A stretch of DNA of 64,000 bases, taken from the IMG/VR virus record IMGVR_UViG_3300028025_000092; one strand, written 5' to 3'. Position numbers and translations under genes: made by a program. The notes under the pieces are model-generated. The model made no database searches and had not been told where the DNA came from. It was given only the letters and a program-made list of their open reading frames with translations. Each line of letters starts with the position of its first letter. Position 1 is the first letter of the stretch. Shown here piece by piece: positions 59,000-64,000 of this stretch. This DNA is from a virus.

Positions 59000-59022
59000 G
59001 CCAGCCTTAGGGCTGGTTTTTT
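59000..59022 (+). terminator. rho-independent terminator
   Basis: GCCAGCC-TTAG-GGCTGGT followed by T-run. Confidence 0.85.
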
Positions 59023-59031
59023 GTGCCCATT

Positions 59032-59039
59032 GATATATA
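59032..59039 (+). promoter_or_regulatory. late-type promoter GATATATA
   Basis: Between a terminator and the LamG gene. Confidence 0.6.
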
Positions 59040-59057
59040 CATGAATATATTATCAAG

Positions 59058-60050
59058 ATGGCAAAATACGACGTAAAATATACTACAGGTTCTGCCCCTT
59101 CCGGAACAACAAAATCAAATAACTTGGCTTTTGCTACAGGAGAACCCGATTATAGTCAATCTGGGTGGTATGCCGGGGTACCTGATGATGGAAAATATTT
59201 GTTTGTAGGTAATTCAACAGACCTTTCATTAACTGGTAGATCCAGCGGGGGAGGTAGTGGTACTATTCAAGCTAATCAACCAATTTGGTGGGGAACAAAT
59301 GACACTAGTGATGCTGAGGTTTTGAGAGTGGTAAACAGATTACCTGGTAGACCCCAAAATTATGTTACCGCAACAGCAGCTTTAGCTTGGGTTAGATCCT
59401 CTGGATACTATAGCGTATATCCGTTGGGAATAGCAGGTAGTTTGCTTTTTAACGGAAGTAATCAATCGTTAAGCATAAGCCCTGGAATTACATTTGGAGC
59501 TGGTGCATTTACAGTTGAAGGATGGTTCTATAATAATTCCGGATTCTCCAATAAGGGAATATTAGGTTCCCCCGTTACTAGCCCAACGGGTTGTATGAAT
59601 CTTCATTTTTCAAGCAGCACTGTAATACAGTCGGATAAAAATGGTGGAGGAGGTGCATTTACTTATACAATGGCATCAGCAATTTCATTAAATGCCTGGC
59701 ATTATTTTATTTACAACCGTAATGCCAACGGAGTTGCTGCTGTTTATATTGATGGCGTTAGATCTACGTCGACATCCACGGATACCCTGAACTATAATAC
59801 TGCAACCGATACAATTGGTAGAGACTATGCAGGCTATTGGCCAGGTTATTGGACTAATATGAGAATAACTATTGGAACTGCAGTATATGATTCAACATCA
59901 ACCACACAAACAAATCCTACTGCAGCACTTACTTCCTTAGCAAATACTAAATATTTAATGCTGGGAACATCCGTTACGACAGATAGTTCTGGGATTCAAA
60001 CAGTAACCAATAATAATACAGTTACGACAACAGCAACCGTTCCTTTTTAA
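59058..60050 (+). CDS. LamG/concanavalin A-like lectin domain protein (probable virion appendage)
   Basis: GSLLFNG, AFTVEGWFY, LNAWHY, VYIDG, GYWTNMRI..AVY. Confidence 0.8.
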   Translation: MAKYDVKYTTGSAPSGTTKSNNLAFATGEPDYSQSGWYAGVPDDGKYLFVGNSTDLSLTGRSSGGGSGTIQANQPIWWGTNDTSDAEVLRVVNRLPGRPQNYVTATAALAWVRSSGYYSVYPLGIAGSLLFNGSNQSLSISPGITFGAGAFTVEGWFYNNSGFSNKGILGSPVTSPTGCMNLHFSSSTVIQSDKNGGGGAFTYTMASAISLNAWHYFIYNRNANGVAAVYIDGVRSTSTSTDTLNYNTATDTIGRDYAGYWPGYWTNMRITIGTAVYDSTSTTQTNPTAALTSLANTKYLMLGTSVTTDSSGIQTVTNNNTVTTTATVPF

Positions 60051-60100
60051 ATTATTATATAAGATCATTTGAAACAACCGTGTAAGTCTTGACTTTAATT

Positions 60101-60110
60101 GATATATAAA
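60101..60110 (+). promoter_or_regulatory. late-type promoter GATATATAAA
   Basis: 11 nt before the DUF4494-like ATG. Confidence 0.6.
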
Positions 60111-60121
60111 AACAATAAATT

Positions 60122-60340
60122 ATGGCTTATTATCAATGTAAAGTAACGTTTGATTCGGGTGAAACAAACAAACAAGGAAAACCGATGATCACTAAAACTG
60201 TGATGTTAGTAGAGGCTACTGGAGTAACAGAAGCTGAAGCTAAGATCACCGACCACTTAAAATCCGATATCATGGATTTCGAGGTGACCTCAGTTTCTTT
60301 GTCTAACATCGAATCGGTGTTGCAAGAAAAAACCAAGTAG
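60122..60340 (+). CDS. DUF4494-like small protein
   Basis: YYQCKV...LVEATGVTEAEAKI...DFEVTSVS. Confidence 0.7.
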   Translation: MAYYQCKVTFDSGETNKQGKPMITKTVMLVEATGVTEAEAKITDHLKSDIMDFEVTSVSLSNIESVLQEKTK

Positions 60341-60342
60341 AA

Positions 60343-60543
60343 ATGAAAAATCCAAAATCTCCTGTAGAAGATCAAATCAAAGAAGGCGGTAAAGCAGATA
60401 TCTCTAATTATGAGGTTCCTGACAGTCCGGTTAAAATACCAGACAACGATACCGGATTTCAAATGGTTAAGAAAAACTACAGGAGATTTATTTGGACAAT
60501 GGACGAGCACTCCAAGAAAAGAGTCTCAGGAAAGGATAAATAG
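60343..60543 (+). CDS. hypothetical protein
   Basis: 66-aa ORF in operon. Confidence 0.55.
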   Translation: MKNPKSPVEDQIKEGGKADISNYEVPDSPVKIPDNDTGFQMVKKNYRRFIWTMDEHSKKRVSGKDK

Positions 60544-60564
60544 TATTAAATATAAAATACTATC

Positions 60565-60909
60565 ATGCCATCGGTAACAAGAACACAGCAAAGGCTATTT
60601 GGTCAAGCATATGGTGTTAAAAAATTTTATAGTACCAAGGGTAAGGAAGGACTTGATCCCAAAGACATTAATCCCAAGTATAAGGACGAGATAGTTAAAT
60701 TAGCTAATTCTATGTCCGCTACAGAGCTTGAAAAATACGCAAGTACTAAACATAAGAAATTACCAGAAAGAGTTAAAGAGAAAGCTATAAAGGACATCCA
60801 TTACCGATTAAGTCCTGATGCTCAATACGATCCCTCCAGGGAGAAAGAAAGAAGACCTGGAAATTTGGTTGATTATAGGGAGTTTATAAAAAAGAATAAA
60901 AGTAAATAG
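60565..60909 (+). CDS. DUF3008-like small phage protein
   Basis: MPSVTRTQQRLFG...ELEKYASTKHKKLPERV. Confidence 0.65.
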   Translation: MPSVTRTQQRLFGQAYGVKKFYSTKGKEGLDPKDINPKYKDEIVKLANSMSATELEKYASTKHKKLPERVKEKAIKDIHYRLSPDAQYDPSREKERRPGNLVDYREFIKKNKSK

Positions 60910-60910
60910 T

Positions 60911-61363
60911 ATGGAAACCGAAAAAATTAATGAGGACTGTGGATGCGGAGGTGGATCAACACCAGTAAACACCCCGGTAAGAGAAATAGATCCCTCCGTA
61001 GGAAAAATGGCCTCTCTGGCTGATGGAAGAAATGGAAAGATTAATGATTCGATTAGGAATTCAAGAGGAGAGGTTATTGGATACGTTATGAATAACGAAA
61101 GAGGAACATTTAGGGTTTTCAAAGATAAGGTTACTAATATTTACGAGGGTGAAGGAGGAATGGCTTCTCTTGAAGGTACACCGGGTATGGGAGAGGTACA
61201 ACCCCCTACCAGAACCTCTGATGGATCTGGAGATGTCTTTCCGGCATTAACTGCAGGAACAGGATCGGCAAAGAAAGGAAAAAAGAAATCCAATAAGCCT
61301 TTACCTAAATCTGTTTTAGATTGGGAAACATTCAGGAAAAATATGCTTAAAAATCAATCATAA
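60911..61363 (+). CDS. hypothetical protein
   Basis: INEDCGCG N-terminus; SH3/KOW-like segment; Gly/Pro-rich tail. Confidence 0.6.
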   Translation: METEKINEDCGCGGGSTPVNTPVREIDPSVGKMASLADGRNGKINDSIRNSRGEVIGYVMNNERGTFRVFKDKVTNIYEGEGGMASLEGTPGMGEVQPPTRTSDGSGDVFPALTAGTGSAKKGKKKSNKPLPKSVLDWETFRKNMLKNQS

Positions 61364-61466
61364 GGTGACAAAATTTCTAAATTAATCAACTAACATATGT
61401 AAAAATGTCTTAATATCAGTTAAGGCATTTTTTTTGTAATTTATTAGTTAATATAATTTATAAACT

Positions 61467-61826
61467 ATGCCTACAAGAATTTATTCACCAGCAACTAGAC
61501 TTCTAGACATTTACAATGGTTTAGATTTATTTCTAGGAAACAACATCAAGGAAGAAACCCCAATTCTTTCTTTTGATGTACCGGGATTTTCTAAAGATGA
61601 TCTTTCTGTTGTAATAGATCAGGACGAAGCACTTTTAACCATTAAGGGAGAGAAAGAGATCAATGGTAAAGTAAGAACAATCAATAAAAGTATTAGAGAT
61701 TACTTGTTTAGAAACCTGGACTTAAAGAAAATAGAAGCGAAGGTAGAGAATGGGGTTCTAACTATTGATCTAAGAGATGCTGAAGATAAGAACAAATTAA
61801 GAAAAAAAGAAATTTCTCTTAATTAA
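61467..61826 (+). CDS. small heat shock protein Hsp20
   Basis: DVPGFSKDDL...LTIKGEK...IEAKVENGVLTI alpha-crystallin motifs. Confidence 0.9.
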   Translation: MPTRIYSPATRLLDIYNGLDLFLGNNIKEETPILSFDVPGFSKDDLSVVIDQDEALLTIKGEKEINGKVRTINKSIRDYLFRNLDLKKIEAKVENGVLTIDLRDAEDKNKLRKKEISLN

Positions 61827-61832
61827 ATCCTT

Positions 61833-61840
61833 TATATTTG
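61833..61840 (+). promoter_or_regulatory. Bacteroidota sigma70-type -7 element
   Basis: TATATTTG, 4 nt before the GTG start. Confidence 0.5.
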
Positions 61841-61844
61841 GTGT

Positions 61845-62234
61845 GTGGAAAAACTCGATTTAATACAGACGCACTACGAAGATGATCCATGGAAGATAAT
61901 GATTTCATGTATTCTTCTAAATCAAACCTCTAATGTTCAGGTGAGGCCTGTTATTAAAAAGTTTTTTGAGGTTTTTCCCACACCAAATTCTTTGAACGAA
62001 TCACACCAAAATTTAATCTCTTCGATTCTACAACCAACGGGCTTTCAAAACGTCAAGGCCAGGAGAATCATTAATTTCACCAATGTCTGGAATTTGGGGG
62101 AAAGAGATCCAAATAAATTTCCGGGCATCGGTCCATATGGTAGGGACTCCTGGAAGATATTCATAGAGGGAAAAACAGATTTTAGTCCCGCGGATAAAAA
62201 ACTATCTGCCTACCTACTGCAGTTAAATTCATAA
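61845..62234 (+). CDS. HhH-GPD DNA glycosylase, MBD4-like
   Basis: DPWKIMISCILLNQT, FPGIGPYGRDSWKIF (HhH), PADKKL (catalytic Asp position). Confidence 0.8.
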   Translation: MEKLDLIQTHYEDDPWKIMISCILLNQTSNVQVRPVIKKFFEVFPTPNSLNESHQNLISSILQPTGFQNVKARRIINFTNVWNLGERDPNKFPGIGPYGRDSWKIFIEGKTDFSPADKKLSAYLLQLNS

Positions 62235-62251
62235 AATCGAATTCATTTACT

Positions 62252-62280
62252 GAAACTACCTTTGTTATTTTGCGTATAAC
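62252..62280 (+). promoter_or_regulatory. bipartite promoter GAAACT-N17-TATAAC
   Basis: Recurring motif; 8 nt before the PolB ATG. Confidence 0.6.
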
Positions 62281-62288
62281 AAAGGAAT

Positions 62289-63698
62289 ATGATAATCGAC
62301 ATTGAAAATCTCGGGGAAAGTTTAAGAGTTTCCCACTACACGGAGGAAGGCGATTTAGCCTACCTAGATTTAAAGATACCACAATCCGAAAGGTATAATT
62401 GGAGAAAGTGTTCAGCTGCCGATAGGAGTCGCGAAAAGGGTTGGGCTTCTTGGGACGGTTTTCCTGTTAAGAAGCAATCAACTTTAAAATACGACAAATA
62501 TCGGCAGGTTGAATTACTTGAATTCTTTGATCCGGAAATTACAAAACCCCTTTGGGAATCTCAGGTTCCTAAAAAATACTTTGTTGATATTGAGGTTGAG
62601 ATCACAGACAATCGTGCAGATTCTCTAGACACACTACGTGCTAATAACAAGGTCTTAACAATTGCGATCGCATCATCTACGGGAAAGATCCTAGTTCTTG
62701 GTTTAGATAAAATGGATTCTCCTAAAATACTAAAGATAGAGAAGAGAATCAACGATCACTTTAAAGATCTTCCGTACGACACCCAATGGACTTTTAATTA
62801 TAGATCATTCGAAAGCGAGTTTGATATGATCTATACGTTCATGGCAAAGTTGATGCATAAGATGCCTTTAATTACTGGATGGAACTGGTTTGGATATGAC
62901 TGGCCTTATTTAAGTAATCGTGCTAGAAAATTAGGAATCGATCCTAAGATATCGTCACCAAGCGGTGTACTTCTAGGAAAGGATCAAATCCCAATGCACG
63001 TACTAATGGTCGATTATATTCAGATCTATAAGAAATGGGATAGAGTAATTAAAATCAGAGAGTCTGATTCATTAGCATATGTTTCTAATGCAGCTTTAGG
63101 AGTTTCTAAAATTACATATAATGGAACATTAAAAGATTTATATGAATCAGATTTTGAAACGTATATCTTCTATAACGCAATTGACTCCTGCCTGGTACAT
63201 TATATTGATCTAAAATTAAATACACTTGCTACGTTCTTTAAAATAGCAAATGTAAGTGGTGTAGAAATCAATAGAGCTCTTTCTCCTGTTTGGACGACTG
63301 AGGTTTTAATGCTGAGAAAATTCAGAGAAAGAAATCGTGTTATTGTCTATGATAGAAAGGATGAAGAGCATACTAGATTTGAAGGAGCATATGTTAAACA
63401 ACCAATTAAAGGATTACACGAATGGGTAGTATGTTTTGACTTTGCTTCACTGTATCCAAACACCATGATGCAATGGGGTTTATCACCCGAAATATTCATA
63501 GGTAAAAATCTAACAAATCCACCGGAAGGAGCAATAAAAACCGCAGGTGGTGCTTACTTCCTTCCTAAAGAAGGGGAAGAACCTATATTAAGAGATGTAC
63601 TTACTACATTATACACAATGAGAAAATCTGCTAAGAAAAAATATCTCGAGTGTGAAACAAAAATTATGGAATTACAAGAAATATTAAAATCAAAATAA
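62289..63698 (+). CDS. family B DNA polymerase, N-terminal subunit of a split enzyme
   Basis: Exo I DIE, Exo II GWNWFGYD, Exo III YNAID, motif A DFASLYP; ends before KxxxNSxYG and DTDS. Confidence 0.88.
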   Translation: MIIDIENLGESLRVSHYTEEGDLAYLDLKIPQSERYNWRKCSAADRSREKGWASWDGFPVKKQSTLKYDKYRQVELLEFFDPEITKPLWESQVPKKYFVDIEVEITDNRADSLDTLRANNKVLTIAIASSTGKILVLGLDKMDSPKILKIEKRINDHFKDLPYDTQWTFNYRSFESEFDMIYTFMAKLMHKMPLITGWNWFGYDWPYLSNRARKLGIDPKISSPSGVLLGKDQIPMHVLMVDYIQIYKKWDRVIKIRESDSLAYVSNAALGVSKITYNGTLKDLYESDFETYIFYNAIDSCLVHYIDLKLNTLATFFKIANVSGVEINRALSPVWTTEVLMLRKFRERNRVIVYDRKDEEHTRFEGAYVKQPIKGLHEWVVCFDFASLYPNTMMQWGLSPEIFIGKNLTNPPEGAIKTAGGAYFLPKEGEEPILRDVLTTLYTMRKSAKKKYLECETKIMELQEILKSK

Positions 63699-63700
63699 TC

Positions 63701-64000
63701 ATGGCAAACGTAGACAATTCATGTGCTCATTTAGAGGTGGAAGACGTATTTACTGAATCTCAAAACACATTAGCAGATCTTTACAATTTACAGAAGGATA
63801 TACAAGAAAATGTATATGGATATAATTTTGAAGAATTAAGAGAAAAGCCTCTTAATGAATTCAGACAATTCTTTGATTGGAACTACCACGCCATTCAAGA
63901 CGAATTACGGGAAACATTTGATGCATTGGGTGGCATTAAAAATGGAATTGGAAATGGCGTTTGGAAACCATGGAAAAAATCCTATCACGAAAAAGCTCCT
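63701..64000 (+). CDS. dimeric all-alpha dUTPase (3'-truncated by window)
   Basis: Own translation: MANVDNSCAHL...IQDELRETFDALGG...VWKPWKK. Confidence 0.75.
   Translation, partial: MANVDNSCAHLEVEDVFTESQNTLADLYNLQKDIQENVYGYNFEELREKPLNEFRQFFDWNYHAIQDELRETFDALGGIKNGIGNGVWKPWKKSYHEKAP

Noticed and set aside
62257-62264. TACCTTTG as a host -7 promoter for polB
   Set aside because: It lies within the better-supported GAAACT-N17-TATAAC motif; may be chance, though not excluded.
485-62752. Numerous minus-strand and alternate-frame ORFs (e.g. 2813-3394, 11211-11894, 46416-46757, 7162-7440)
   Set aside because: They lie on top of well-supported genes and have no motifs; they are expected shadows of codon bias.
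1-64000. Stop-codon reassignment (alternative genetic code)
   Set aside because: Genes are full length and densely packed under the standard code, and TAA, TAG and TGA all serve as stops.

Overview
This 64-kb window is a segment of an AT-rich jumbo myophage genome with T4-like core genes. It is read in the standard code, almost entirely on the + strand. About 1.6-46.3 kb is a virion module: gp53-, gp27-, gp5-, gp13-, gp25- and gp6-like genes, a 2570-aa wedge-like protein, large unknown structural proteins, tail fibres and a gp3-like gene. A ribosomal protein S1 homologue, an amidoligase and a reversed phoH sit inside this module. About 46.3-51.3 kb is replication and recombination (RuvC-like, gp32 SSB, primase, UvsY, UvsW). 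About 51.3-64 kb is accessory: probable head-packaged proteins, an RNA-ligase/nucleotidyltransferase fusion, a terminator-bounded metallopeptidase/vWA/MoxR-AAA triad, Hc1-like histone, LamG, DUF4494-like, Hsp20, MBD4-like glycosylase, the N-terminal half of a split PolB, and a dUTPase. A Bacteroidota host is inferred from TAnnTTTG promoters, A-rich leaders mostly lacking Shine-Dalgarno (SD) sites, and DUF4494-like, Hc1-like, S1 and propeller domains. The most notable signals are (i) three recurring promoter classes that sort by gene function, (ii) a late S1 + amidoligase pair alongside near-leaderless late mRNAs, (iii) a family of T4-like capsid-targeting N-termini, and (iv) an in-frame split metallopeptidase/vWA gene. 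All family calls come from recognising motifs by eye; no searches were run. No tRNA, rRNA, CRISPR array or mobile element was seen.
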